Below are positions 28,110 through 38,029 of a DNA stretch of 64,000 nucleotides, one piece after another. Position 1 is the first letter of the stretch, and every line of letters begins with the position of its first letter. Under the pieces are notes generated by a model that made no database searches, was not told where the DNA came from, and saw only the letters and a list, made by a program, of their open reading frames with translations. A program made the position numbers and the translations under genes. Origin of the DNA: Verrucomicrobiales bacterium (lineage in GTDB: Bacteria; Verrucomicrobiota; Verrucomicrobiia; Limisphaerales; Palsa-1400); assembly GCA_003140095.1 (NCBI GenBank), contig PLIU01000491.1:2789-66788 (forward strand). Reading direction: 5' to 3'.

Positions 28110-28137
28110 CGGGTTCGAGCCCCGCCACTCCCGCCAT
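28110..28137 (+). repeat. attR core (duplicated tRNA-Asp 3' segment)
   Basis: 28-nt exact copy of 23318-23345. The sequence upstream of it does not fold as a tRNA. Confidence 0.75.
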
Positions 28138-28243
28138 TCCCAACTCGCTGGTGCCCAGCACTTACGGTGATTGGGCCTCACCTCGCCGCCCTTTCGTCAC
28201 AACCGGCCCTGTTCACGCCGAAAATTTTCTGTTCTCAGACGAC

Positions 28244-28417
28244 ATGAAAGCAAGAACTCAATTGCCGCGGAAGCAGAAGGCTGAGAAGCCCAAATCTAGA
28301 TTCCGGCTGGAACTGACCCGCCACAAACACCGCGTCGTCATCACCGACTCCATCGACAAGGGCCGCTACGTCAGCTACGTGGTAAGGCGCTGGAGCCGCA
28401 GGAGGCGGAGAAAGTAG
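28244..28417 (+). CDS. Small highly basic hypothetical protein (57 aa)
   Basis: ATG 28244. MKARTQLPRKQKAEKPKSRFRLELTRHKHRVVITDSIDKGRYVSYVVRRWSRRRRRK. GC-rich third positions favour this frame over the overlapping minus ORF 28235..28501. Confidence 0.3.
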   Translation: MKARTQLPRKQKAEKPKSRFRLELTRHKHRVVITDSIDKGRYVSYVVRRWSRRRRRK

Positions 28418-28631
28418 GGTTTCGAAAGAATCCTCGAACTGGAGGCGCTCCGAACAATGGCGAATATTCTCTGGGGGGCTTGCGTCGAAGGAATGGGCCA
28501 TGCTTTCAGGTCATGCTCGCGCGAAATTCTCAATCGGAAGGCCCATTCCGCCATGGATGGCAAAGAAATTTTAATGTTCATTTTGCCAAAACTTCATTTT
28601 GTTAACGTCCAACATTTCAGTTTGTAAGATT

Positions 28632-29312
28632 ATGCGGCTCCTATTGGTGGAAGATGAGAGGAAATTAGCCGAGTTTGTCGCGCGAGGATTGCGGGACGAA
28701 CTTTATGCGGTGGATATTTCCCATGACGGCGAGAGCGCCTGGGGAATGGCCAGTTCTTGCGACTATGACCTGATCATTCTTGACCTGATGTTGCCGGGGC
28801 TCAGCGGCACGGATTTGCTCAGGCGGCTCCGCCAGCATGGTTCGAAGGTGCCGGTCCTGATTTTAACGGCTCGCGACAGCATGGCCGAGAAAGTGCTTAA
28901 TTTTGAGACTGGCGCCGACGATTACCTGACCAAACCCTTTGCCTTTGCCGAGTTGCTGGTTCGAATCAAGGCGTTGCTTCGGCGCGGCGCGACCGAGCGG
29001 TCCAATGTGCTGCGCGTCGATGATCTCGAAGTGGATCGGGTGAATCGAAAGGTCAAGCGGGCAGGAAAAAGGATTGAGCTAACCGTCAAGGAATACAGCC
29101 TGCTTGAATTCCTTGTGACCAATCCAGGACGAGTGTTGTCGCGCAGAGTGATCATTGACCATGTCTGGGATGCGAGTTTCGAGGGTTTATCGAAAATCGT
29201 GGACGTTCACATTCGAAACTTGCGCGGCAAAATGGACATCGGCTATCCAAAAAGGCTGATCCACACCGTGCGAGGCATTGGGTATTCCATCGAAACCGAG
29301 GCGGAACAATGA
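28632..29312 (+). CDS. OmpR-family response regulator (CusR/CopR-like)
   Basis: Trimmed to ATG 28632 (MRLLLVEDERKLAEFV..DLIILDLMLPG..TKPFAFAELL). Winged-helix C-terminus. Confidence 0.9.
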   Translation: MRLLLVEDERKLAEFVARGLRDELYAVDISHDGESAWGMASSCDYDLIILDLMLPGLSGTDLLRRLRQHGSKVPVLILTARDSMAEKVLNFETGADDYLTKPFAFAELLVRIKALLRRGATERSNVLRVDDLEVDRVNRKVKRAGKRIELTVKEYSLLEFLVTNPGRVLSRRVIIDHVWDASFEGLSKIVDVHIRNLRGKMDIGYPKRLIHTVRGIGYSIETEAEQ

Positions 29313-30751
29313 CGACTCGCTCCATCCGTTTCCGCCTTGTGGTCTGGTATGCCGGGCTGTTGATCGCCATCTTTGTTTTGCTCGGCAGTTTGATCTATGC
29401 CGGTTTAAAATCCTACTTGGTGCGGAATTTGGGCCTGACGCAGGTTCAGCGGGCCCAACAAATGGCTGAAACCCTGCTGGCCAATGTGGAGAAAACCGGC
29501 GAAGCGCACGTGGTGGAGGAGATCAATTCCTGGGTCACACCAGAAGTCAACAATCGCTTCGTTCGAATTACCCGCGGCGACTCAAGCGTGCTGTACGTTT
29601 CAAGAAATCCGAGAGACATGAGCTTTGAAGCCAGCCAAGTGCCGACTTACCCAAAGCCAGTGACACAGATTTCATGGCAAACGGAAATCCTGCCCGATGG
29701 GCGAGGCATCGTCGTTGCGGCCGTTCCCTGCCAGTCGAGTTCAGGGTTGCATTTTCTGGTTGAGGTGGGTGTTCCTCTCAAGTCGGTTCAGTCGATATTG
29801 CATCATTTTGTCATTCTTTTGGTCTCGGGTCTGGCGGTCATGGTCGCGGTCTCCATCGCCGGCGGATATTTGCTGGTTGGCCATGCGCTGGCGCCAGTAG
29901 ATCAAATTGCCAGCAGCGCCGAACGGATAAGCCTCCAAAACCTCAGTGACCGGCTGCCCATCGCCAGGACGGGTGATGAACTGGAGCGACTTTCCATCTC
30001 GCTGAACAACATGATTGCGCGATTAGAGGACGCGGTCCGGCATAATCAACGCTTTATTGCCGACGCTTCGCACGAATTGCGTACGCCGCTCACCCTTGTC
30101 AACGGGGAATTGGAGTCCATCGTCCAAAAGAGCAATCTGTCTCAAGAAAACTTGCAGACCCTCTCCAATATTCTCGAGGAAGTGGAACGATTGCGACGCA
30201 TCGTCGAGGGCCTCTTTGCCATTTCCCGATTAGACTCGGGAGAGGCGGAAAAGAAGTGGTTGCCATTTGATCTGGCCGAACTGGCGGCCAGCACCGCGGG
30301 ACAGTTGGAGCCGCTGGCCGAGGACAAAGGGATTTCGATTTCCTCCACAACTCCGAACGCGGTCATCATCGAAGGTGATCGTTCCCGGTTCAAGCAGGTC
30401 GTCGTAAATTTGCTTGATAACGCCATTAAATATACGTCCAGCGGAGGCCAAGTACGAATATCAGTGGTGGCGCGCGACGGTCATGCCGTCTTGGAAGTCG
30501 CCGACACGGGCATCGGGATTCCACTGGAAGCGCAACCTCGGATTTTTGAGCGATTTTTCCGTGTGGACGAAGCGCGTTCGCGGGAATTGGGAGGAGCCGG
30601 CCTGGGTCTTTCTATCGTGAAGTCCATCTGCGTGGCTTACGGAGGAAAGGTTGAGGTCGAAAGCGCCCAAGGGGGGGGCAGCCGATTCAAAGTGGAACTG
30701 CCATTGGCCGAGGGCAGCAAGAATTCAAAACTGTACAAGAATGGAAACTGA
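29309..30751 (+). CDS. Sensor histidine kinase (CusS-like; TM-periplasmic-TM-HAMP-HisKA-HATPase)
   Basis: 480 aa. ATGA overlap with the regulator. SIRFRLVVWYAGLL N-terminus. H-box ADASHELRTPLT. N/G boxes DNAIKYT, DTGIGI, GGAGLGLSI. Confidence 0.9.
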   Translation: MTTRSIRFRLVVWYAGLLIAIFVLLGSLIYAGLKSYLVRNLGLTQVQRAQQMAETLLANVEKTGEAHVVEEINSWVTPEVNNRFVRITRGDSSVLYVSRNPRDMSFEASQVPTYPKPVTQISWQTEILPDGRGIVVAAVPCQSSSGLHFLVEVGVPLKSVQSILHHFVILLVSGLAVMVAVSIAGGYLLVGHALAPVDQIASSAERISLQNLSDRLPIARTGDELERLSISLNNMIARLEDAVRHNQRFIADASHELRTPLTLVNGELESIVQKSNLSQENLQTLSNILEEVERLRRIVEGLFAISRLDSGEAEKKWLPFDLAELAASTAGQLEPLAEDKGISISSTTPNAVIIEGDRSRFKQVVVNLLDNAIKYTSSGGQVRISVVARDGHAVLEVADTGIGIPLEAQPRIFERFFRVDEARSRELGGAGLGLSIVKSICVAYGGKVEVESAQGGGSRFKVELPLAEGSKNSKLYKNGN

Positions 30752-31994
30752 ACACAATAAGACACAAATCGAAGAGAGAACTCCTTCGGCCCCGGAATTG
30801 AGGACTAAATTATCCAAGGGCCTAAATTGGAAACTTCTACTTGGCTCCGCCGTCGTGGTTGCCTGTCTTGCGCTGTTCGGACGGCAATTATCCCGTGGCA
30901 AGACCCTCCCCAGCACGCACGCGGATGATTTGATCACCGTGCCCGTGATCAAAGTGTGCCGGGAAGAGTTGGCTCGCAACGAGAATTTTGACGCAGAATT
31001 TCGCCCGTATCAAGTGATAGATCTGCACGCGGAAGTGGCCGGTTTTGTGCAGAGCATCGATGTGGATATTGGCGACCGGGTTCAGAAGGGAGCCTTGCTG
31101 GCAACGCTGCAAATACCGGAACTCGCGGAAGACATAGAGCGCGCGGCAGCGACCGAACTTCGCGATGAGAAGATAGTGGACCAGGCAACCGCCAATTATA
31201 AGGATGCCCACCTGGCTTGGGGCCGGCTCAATACCATCAACCACAATAAGCCGCATTTGGTCGCGCAACAGGACCTGGATACCGCCCAGGCCAAAGACAG
31301 CGCCGCCGAAGCCGGCCTGGCCGCCGCCAAAGCAAACGTCAATGTGGCCGAGGCTGAACTTAACAAGTTCAAGGCCATCCTCAATGATTGCAAAATTAAA
31401 GCTCCCTTCGCCGGCGTTATTACCAAACGTTATGCGGATGTCGGGGCCTTGGTGCAGGGAGGAGTAAGTCCCAGCGGCGCAGCCATGCCACTGGTTCGAT
31501 TGTCACAAAATGACCGTCTGCGGTTGGACTTCCCTGTTTCAGTTTCCTACGTCCATTATATTAAGCTGGGAGATCCGGTTGAGATTCGGATTGCGGCCAC
31601 GGGCCAAACCATTCACGGCAAGATCACCCGTTTTACCCACGACGTGGAAATGGCAACGCGAACGATGGAGACAGAAGTGGACGTGACCAATGCCGATCTG
31701 TCACTCACGCCCGGAATCTATGCGGAAGCGAGCCTGGAACTCGAACGCCATCGAAATGTGCTGGCTATTCCGACTGATGCGTTGTCCGACCTGAAGACTC
31801 CGATCGCTTTTGTGGTGAACAGCAAGAATCAGATTGAGGAAAGGCCGTTAACACTGGGTCTGGCCACGCCGGACAAATTTGAGGTTGTAGCCGGGCTGAA
31901 GGAGAACGATCTCGTCATGATCGGCAATCGGACGCAAGTCAAACCGGGGCAGAAGGTGATGACGAAATTGATGGGGACGGGAAGTATTCAATGA
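30741..31994 (+). CDS. RND efflux periplasmic adaptor (membrane fusion protein)
   Basis: Trimmed to ATG 30741 (METEHNK.. then a TM helix). Coiled-coil hairpin and lipoyl/beta-barrel pattern (GDRVQKGALLATLQIPEL..IKAPFAGVITKR). Confidence 0.88.
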   Translation: METEHNKTQIEERTPSAPELRTKLSKGLNWKLLLGSAVVVACLALFGRQLSRGKTLPSTHADDLITVPVIKVCREELARNENFDAEFRPYQVIDLHAEVAGFVQSIDVDIGDRVQKGALLATLQIPELAEDIERAAATELRDEKIVDQATANYKDAHLAWGRLNTINHNKPHLVAQQDLDTAQAKDSAAEAGLAAAKANVNVAEAELNKFKAILNDCKIKAPFAGVITKRYADVGALVQGGVSPSGAAMPLVRLSQNDRLRLDFPVSVSYVHYIKLGDPVEIRIAATGQTIHGKITRFTHDVEMATRTMETEVDVTNADLSLTPGIYAEASLELERHRNVLAIPTDALSDLKTPIAFVVNSKNQIEERPLTLGLATPDKFEVVAGLKENDLVMIGNRTQVKPGQKVMTKLMGTGSIQ

Positions 31995-32096
31995 AGAAGA
32001 GTTGGCAGCGAGCCATCAACATGCACCGAATATTCCCCGCTCGGCGGATGGTTATATTCGTTCGATCCACGCAAGTTTCCTCTAACACGTAATTCC

Positions 32097-32783
32097 ATGA
32101 AACCCTGTCTCAGCCTAGAACATTTGGAGGCTCTGCGAAGACTTGACACCTGTGCGGTGGCCAACGCCATTGACACATTTGAATTGCGACTGCGCAACGA
32201 AGGCTACGCTGGTTCGAGCATCCATTGCCTCTTCCCGCGTTTGGCATCGATGGTCGGTTACGCTGTGACTCTCAAGATTCGCTGTTCAACGCTGCCCACG
32301 ACGGGGCACGCTTATGTGGATCGGACGGATTGGTGGACTCACATTTTGGCGCTGCCGGAACCACGAGTCGTAGTGATTCAGGACCTGGACACACCGCCGG
32401 GAATAGGAGCGTTGCTGGGAGAGGTGCATTCTAATATCCTCCGTGCGTTGGGCTGCGTGGGGGCGGTGACCAATGGAGCCGTGCGGGATCTTCCAGCCGT
32501 CGAGAACATCCCCTTTCATTTTTTTGCCGGCGGTTTGACTGTTTCGCACGCCTACGCTCACATCGTGGAAATTGGAGGTGAAGCAGAGATTGGAGGGCTG
32601 AAAATAAATGCGGGCGATCTGCTGCATGGGGATCAACACGGTCTGCTTGTAGTGCCCAAGAAGATCGCCACCCGGATTCCCGCGGTGGCGGCAAAAATTG
32701 CAGAGGAAGAGAGAAGACTGATTGCACTTTGCCGTTCGGGCGACTTCACCTTGGAACAATTGAAAGCAGCGGTCAAACGATGA
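32097..32783 (+). CDS. RraA-like / class II aldolase-methyltransferase-fold protein
   Basis: 228 aa. RraA-family pattern GEVHSNILRALGCVGAVTNGAVRDL...INAGDLLHGDQHGLLVVP. Confidence 0.8.
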   Translation: MKPCLSLEHLEALRRLDTCAVANAIDTFELRLRNEGYAGSSIHCLFPRLASMVGYAVTLKIRCSTLPTTGHAYVDRTDWWTHILALPEPRVVVIQDLDTPPGIGALLGEVHSNILRALGCVGAVTNGAVRDLPAVENIPFHFFAGGLTVSHAYAHIVEIGGEAEIGGLKINAGDLLHGDQHGLLVVPKKIATRIPAVAAKIAEEERRLIALCRSGDFTLEQLKAAVKR

Positions 32784-32801
32784 CCTCCATCTGGGAATAC
32801 C

Positions 32802-35800
32802 ATGCCTAAATTTGCCATTCGCTATCCTTACTTGATTTCCGTCATTTGTGTCATCGTCTGTGTGCTAGGTATTTCCACGCTGACCCGAATGCCGGTGGAT
32901 CTGTTTCCGCCGATCAATATACCGGTGGTGGTGGTGGCTACGTTCTACAGCGGCATGCCACCAGAAGAAATTGAGTCCGCCATCACTGCGCACTATGAAC
33001 GCTTTTTCACTCTTGCCAGCGGCATCGATCACATGGAATCACGTTCGCTGCCAGGAGTGAGCCTGATCAAAATTTACTTTCAGCCGGGTTCCAACCCGGA
33101 TGCGGCCGTCAGCACCATTGGGAATCTGGCCGCAGCCGACCTGCGCCATCTTCCTCCGGGAACCTGGCCGCCCGTGGTGCTGAGGTTCGACGCTTCGAGC
33201 CTGCCGGTTTGTTTGGTGACATTGAAAGGACAGGGATTGGATGAAGCCCAATTGCACGATTACGGCCAATTTGCGGTGCGAAATCAGGTGGCGAACGTGC
33301 CCGGCGCTTCCGTGCCATCGCCCTTCGGAGGCCGTTACCGCCAGATCATGGTCTATGTTGACCCCATCAAACTGGAAGCGCACCAACTTAGCGTCATGGA
33401 TGTCGTGCGCGCGGTCAATGACTCCAATCTCATCCTGCCGGCGGGAAATGTGAAGGTCGGACCATTCGATTACAACTTATACGTTAACAGCGAGCTTCAC
33501 GGCGTTGATGAAATCAACAGCCTGCCGCTTAAGACCGTTGGCAATGCTGCGGTGCTGGTGGGGGATGTAGGCGTGGCTAAAGATGCTTCTGGTCTGCAAT
33601 ATTGCATCGTGCGGGTGGATGGGCAGAAGTCAGTGTACCTCCCGGTGCTCAAGCAGGGTGGCGATGCTAATACCATTTCCGTGGTCAATGGCGTTAAGAA
33701 CTCCTTGTCGCACCTGGTGGGCGTGCCCAAAGAGTTGATTACGAAGGTGGTCTTTGATCAATCCATTTTTGTGAAAAATGCGATTGAAAATCTCCTGCAT
33801 GAGGGTGCCATCGGACTGCTTCTGACGGGAATCATGATCCTGGTCTTTTTGGGAAATTCCAAGGCCACGCTGGCCGTCTTTTTGTCTATTCCCCTGTCCA
33901 CGCTGGCCACTTTTATCGTCCTGGGTCACCAAAACGGCACGATCAATTCGATGACCTTGGGTGGCTTGGCGCTCGTGTTTTCACGTCTCATCGACAATTC
34001 CGTGGTGGTGCTGGAAAACATCTTTCGACATTTGGAATTGGGCGAGTCGCCCGAAGTGGCGGCGGAAAAAGGCGGGGCGGAAGTCGCCCTGCCAGTGCTG
34101 GCGGCGACCTTGACCACCGCAGTTGTATTTTTTCCCGTGACCTTTCTCTACGGAGTTAGCCAGTTTCTCTTCACGGCTTTGGCGCTGTCCGTAGTTTTTG
34201 CCCTGGCCGCCTCTTATTTTGTGGCTTTGACAGTGGTGCCATTGTTTTGCGCCAACTTTATCAAGTCGCCCTATGTCGCCGAAGAAAGCGGGAAATGCAA
34301 ATCATGGGGCCGCCGATTCAACGACGGATTCAACTCCAAATTCAAGGCCTTTGTCAGGCGTTATGGAGCGCTGTTGGAGAAAACCTTGAATCGCCCGCGG
34401 ACGACGGTGCTGGCGCTAACCGGAGTTTTTCTGGCCAGTCTCCTCCTGTGTCATTTCGTGGGCGTTTCGTATTTTCCAAGAACAGATCCGGGCCAGTTTG
34501 TCATTAATCTCAAGGCGACGACCGGCACGCGTCTGGAAAATACCGAGGCCTTGGTGCAACAAGTCGAAAAGATCATTCGAGAGGAAGTTGCGCCTGAGGA
34601 TCTGGATTTAGTCGTGGCGAACATAGGCGTTCAGCCTGGTTTGGCCGCCATGTACACCAGCAATTCTGGCGAGCATACGGCTTTCGTGCAGGCCAGCCTC
34701 AAGGAACGCCACCGCATTGGCAGCTATGAGTATATGGACAGAGTGCGGCGGCGCATTCGTCGCGAATTGCCGCAAGTGAGCGCCTACGTGCAAGGCGGCG
34801 GCTTGCTCGACGCCATTCTCAATCTCGGCTTGCCTGCGCCCATCGATATTCAGGTAACGGGCAATGATCTTAATGCCGATCATCAGACCGCCGTCGAAAT
34901 CGCCCGGCAGCTGCACTCCATCAAGGGAGTAAGCGATGTCTTAGTTCCGCAAGATGTGGATTTCCCGTCCATCCAATTAGACATTGATCGCCGACGCGCC
35001 GGCGAACTGGGCTTGAATGCCAAGGAAGTGGTCAGCAGTGTCATCACCGCGCTTAATTCCGATGAGATGATCGCTCCCAGTTTTTGGATTGATCCCCGCA
35101 ACGGCAATGATTATTTCCTGACCGTCCAATACCCGGAGGAGGAAGTCAAGGACCTCGAACAGTTACGGTCCATTCCGTTGCGCGCCTCTGGTCAATTGCA
35201 CTCCACAAGGTTGGACTCCGTGAGCCAAATGACCCGGTCGCTTTCCTCCACGGAAGTGGACCACTACCAATTACAGCGCGAGATGGATGTGTACGTTTCG
35301 ACCAAAGGCGAAGACTTGGGGGACGTGATGAAGTCGGTCAACCAGATCATCCACCAAACCCATCTGCCAGAGGGAATGCAAGTCAATGTGCGCGGCATGG
35401 TACAGGGCATGAACACGTCGTTTCGCAGTTTTGGTTTGGGCCTTATTCTAGCGGTGCTGCTCGTCTATTTGATCCTCGTGGCGCAATTCAAATCGCTCAT
35501 TGATCCATTCCTGATCTTGCTGGCTGTGCCTTCAGGTTTAACGGGGGTCCTGGTCACGTTATTGCTCACCGGAACAACGCTCAACGTCATGTCCTTGATG
35601 GGCATCGTGATGATGGTGGGCATTGTGGTTTCAAACAGCATCTTGATTGTCGAATTCACCCATCGTTTGCGGGAAGATGGCAAGCCGCTGCGCGAAGCCG
35701 TGGTCACGGCGTGTCAGGTGCGGTTGCGGCCTGTGTTGATGACCTCGCTAGCCACTCTCATCGGGTTAATTCCAATGGCGGCAAAATTAGGCACCGGGGC

Positions 35801-35963
35801 GGAGGCTTATGCACCTTTGGCGCGGGCGATTATCGGGGGGTTGACCGTCTCGGTCGTTCTGACCATGTTCATCGTGCCGGCGGCTTATTTATTGGTCTAT
35901 CGTAACCGGCCGGACAAGGTCCAAATTCCTATCCAAGAAACCTTGCAAGGAGCCTCCGCATGA
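32802..35963 (+). CDS. RND efflux transporter permease (AcrB/CzcA superfamily)
   Basis: 1053 aa. 12-TM RND architecture with two large periplasmic loops. Typical N-terminus AIRYPYLISVICVIVCVLG. Confidence 0.95.
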   Translation: MPKFAIRYPYLISVICVIVCVLGISTLTRMPVDLFPPINIPVVVVATFYSGMPPEEIESAITAHYERFFTLASGIDHMESRSLPGVSLIKIYFQPGSNPDAAVSTIGNLAAADLRHLPPGTWPPVVLRFDASSLPVCLVTLKGQGLDEAQLHDYGQFAVRNQVANVPGASVPSPFGGRYRQIMVYVDPIKLEAHQLSVMDVVRAVNDSNLILPAGNVKVGPFDYNLYVNSELHGVDEINSLPLKTVGNAAVLVGDVGVAKDASGLQYCIVRVDGQKSVYLPVLKQGGDANTISVVNGVKNSLSHLVGVPKELITKVVFDQSIFVKNAIENLLHEGAIGLLLTGIMILVFLGNSKATLAVFLSIPLSTLATFIVLGHQNGTINSMTLGGLALVFSRLIDNSVVVLENIFRHLELGESPEVAAEKGGAEVALPVLAATLTTAVVFFPVTFLYGVSQFLFTALALSVVFALAASYFVALTVVPLFCANFIKSPYVAEESGKCKSWGRRFNDGFNSKFKAFVRRYGALLEKTLNRPRTTVLALTGVFLASLLLCHFVGVSYFPRTDPGQFVINLKATTGTRLENTEALVQQVEKIIREEVAPEDLDLVVANIGVQPGLAAMYTSNSGEHTAFVQASLKERHRIGSYEYMDRVRRRIRRELPQVSAYVQGGGLLDAILNLGLPAPIDIQVTGNDLNADHQTAVEIARQLHSIKGVSDVLVPQDVDFPSIQLDIDRRRAGELGLNAKEVVSSVITALNSDEMIAPSFWIDPRNGNDYFLTVQYPEEEVKDLEQLRSIPLRASGQLHSTRLDSVSQMTRSLSSTEVDHYQLQREMDVYVSTKGEDLGDVMKSVNQIIHQTHLPEGMQVNVRGMVQGMNTSFRSFGLGLILAVLLVYLILVAQFKSLIDPFLILLAVPSGLTGVLVTLLLTGTTLNVMSLMGIVMMVGIVVSNSILIVEFTHRLREDGKPLREAVVTACQVRLRPVLMTSLATLIGLIPMAAKLGTGAEAYAPLARAIIGGLTVSVVLTMFIVPAAYLLVYRNRPDKVQIPIQETLQGASA

Positions 35964-37330
35964 AAAGCAGCCTTTTGATTGCCTTCAGCCAGCCACGCGG
36001 AAAGCGGGTTCAGTGGAAGACCGTGCTCTTCATCGTTCTGGCGGCAATTTCAGCCGGAAAGCCGTGTTTCGGCCAGCCTGCTCCGGCGGAACCGGGATTG
36101 AAGCCCCTCTCGCTCAAAGAAGCCTTGGCCACAGCCTTTCAGAAGCATCCCAAGATACTCGCGGCTGACCTGCGGATATTGATCTCGAAACAGGATTTGC
36201 GGGAAGTGCGTTCCGCTTTTTTCCCAAGCATCCATGCTGACGCCACGGCTGTGGGCACGCCGACCGAGCACAATCAAGTTGTGTCCGCCGGAGCCTTGGT
36301 TGTCTCCTCCACCTATGATCGGGAAGCGGAGGGAATAAGCATCAACCAACTTATCACTGATTTTGGGCGCACGGCGAATCTCTCCGCCAGTTCCAGGTTG
36401 CACTCCCGCGCGGAAGAACAAGGCGCCTTGGCGACGCGCGAGCAAATTGAGCTGGCGGTGAAGGACGCTTATTTCTCCTCCCTGCAGGCGCAGTCGGTTT
36501 TGGAAGTCGCCCGGCAAACGGTGGCCACGCGGCAGTTGCTCTTTGATCAAGTGAGTGAAATGGCCAAGAACAACCTCAAATCGGATCTCGATGAGAGCTT
36601 CGCGGACGTTGACCTTGAAGACAGCAAATTGCTTTTGGCCAATGCGGACAATGATTTGCAAGCCGCCTTGGCAAGGCTGGCCAACCTGATGGGCGAACCA
36701 AAGGAAGGGGGCTATCGGCTCATGGATGAGCCGTTGCCTGCCCGCGTTGTTCAAAACTCATGGCAGCTCATTCAAACGGCGCTCACGAACAGGCCTGACG
36801 TGATTCAATTGCGTTTTGAGCGGGAAGCGGCCGGCAAATTTGCCCGCGCGGAAAGGGATTTGAATTATCCGACTGTCACTGCCGCCGCCAGCGCCGGCGT
36901 TTTGCCCATCCACAATGCGGCGTTGGGTCCCAATTACGCCGCGGCCGGCGTGAATCTTCGGCTGCCCATCTTTGATGGCTGGCTCTTCGCGGCGCGCCAC
37001 CAGGAAGCGCAACTCAAGGAAAGAGTGGTGGCGGAAAACCTTCAGGACGCAGAAAACAACGTTATTCGAGATGTTCGCATTGGAAGCGCCAATCGGCAAT
37101 ATGCCGTCGCGCGCATGGATCTTTCGGACAAGCTCCTGGCCAGCGCCAATAAGGCATTTGATTTGGCTCAGGAACGTTATCAAGTTGGCTCCAGTTCCAT
37201 TATCGAACTCAGCCTGGCGCAACTGAACCAAACCGAGGCCAGGCTTAACCAAGCCAAGGCTGTTTATGAGTTTCATATTCGCGACGCCATTTTGAATTAT
37301 CAAATTGGCAAGCATGGAGCTCCGCAATGA
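35960..37330 (+). CDS. TolC-family outer membrane efflux protein
   Basis: 456 aa. ATGA overlap with the RND gene. Signal peptide and two OEP repeats. Confidence 0.88.
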   Translation: MKSSLLIAFSQPRGKRVQWKTVLFIVLAAISAGKPCFGQPAPAEPGLKPLSLKEALATAFQKHPKILAADLRILISKQDLREVRSAFFPSIHADATAVGTPTEHNQVVSAGALVVSSTYDREAEGISINQLITDFGRTANLSASSRLHSRAEEQGALATREQIELAVKDAYFSSLQAQSVLEVARQTVATRQLLFDQVSEMAKNNLKSDLDESFADVDLEDSKLLLANADNDLQAALARLANLMGEPKEGGYRLMDEPLPARVVQNSWQLIQTALTNRPDVIQLRFEREAAGKFARAERDLNYPTVTAAASAGVLPIHNAALGPNYAAAGVNLRLPIFDGWLFAARHQEAQLKERVVAENLQDAENNVIRDVRIGSANRQYAVARMDLSDKLLASANKAFDLAQERYQVGSSSIIELSLAQLNQTEARLNQAKAVYEFHIRDAILNYQIGKHGAPQ

Positions 37331-37360
37331 TCAATCAATACAAGAACTCTCCTCCATCCA

Positions 37361-37900
37361 ATGAACCATCTTAACGATCCACCCCGGCAACGATTCCTGT
37401 GGCAAACATGGATTTCTCTTCTTGCGGCCGCCGTCCCGATGCTCTCTGGATGCTCAACTCCTTTAGTCATAGACCGCGCGATTGGACCCGACCCATTCAG
37501 CGTTTCCAACGCGGCTGCTCATGGAGAGTTACAAGTTTTCACCATGAAGCAGGAGGAAAATAACGTGGGGTTTGAGTTTCCCTTTTACCAGAGAACGGCT
37601 TACTCCATTTACACTCCAGACGGAAGACACATAAAGGATATTAGTGACAATAATTGCGGCCATTTCGACGACACTCCGCCGGTCATTTCCCTGGCCCCGG
37701 GCGCTTATTCGATAAGAGGGTTCATGGCTGAAGACCTGGGGCAATTTACGGTTTTGAGTGTTGTCATCGAACGAGGGAGAAAGACTGAGGTTCATCTGGA
37801 CGGCCATTGGCAATCGCCTGGCCATGTTTCGCAAAATCAACTGGTTCGCGCGCCCAACGGGTTCTTGCTCGGTTGGCCGGCGCGTTCTCCATCCAATTAG
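37361..37900 (+). CDS. Lipoprotein, function unknown (last gene of the efflux operon)
   Basis: 179 aa. Lipobox PMLSGCS. Starts 30 nt after the tolC-like stop. Confidence 0.55.
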   Translation: MNHLNDPPRQRFLWQTWISLLAAAVPMLSGCSTPLVIDRAIGPDPFSVSNAAAHGELQVFTMKQEENNVGFEFPFYQRTAYSIYTPDGRHIKDISDNNCGHFDDTPPVISLAPGAYSIRGFMAEDLGQFTVLSVVIERGRKTEVHLDGHWQSPGHVSQNQLVRAPNGFLLGWPARSPSN

Positions 37901-38029
37901 CCTCCGTGAGGTCCGCGCCTGCCAGAACCAAAACGGCCCAGATGCTAAAAACTCGAAACTTATGTGCCTGTGTCCGGAACCGCAGTCAGAAAAGCTGGTG
38001 CAATGTCTGCGATGGGTTGCCTGCTGCTG

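Larger units (their letters stand above)
23318..28137. mobile_element. Integrated genomic islet (~4.8 kb) at the 3' end of tRNA-Asp, partly decayed
   Basis: Perfect 28-nt direct repeat (cgggttcgagccccgccactcccgccat) at 23318-23345 and 28110-28137. Integrase abuts the tRNA. Cargo is a Rep, a TA pair and an inactivated gene. AT-richer codon usage is visible at 24.3-26.1 kb. Confidence 0.72.

Noticed and set aside
28041-28136. Possible second (partial) tRNA upstream of attR
   Set aside because: Only the last 28 nt match tRNA-Asp. The preceding sequence forms no D or anticodon arms. It is interpreted as the att duplication plus arm-type repeats.
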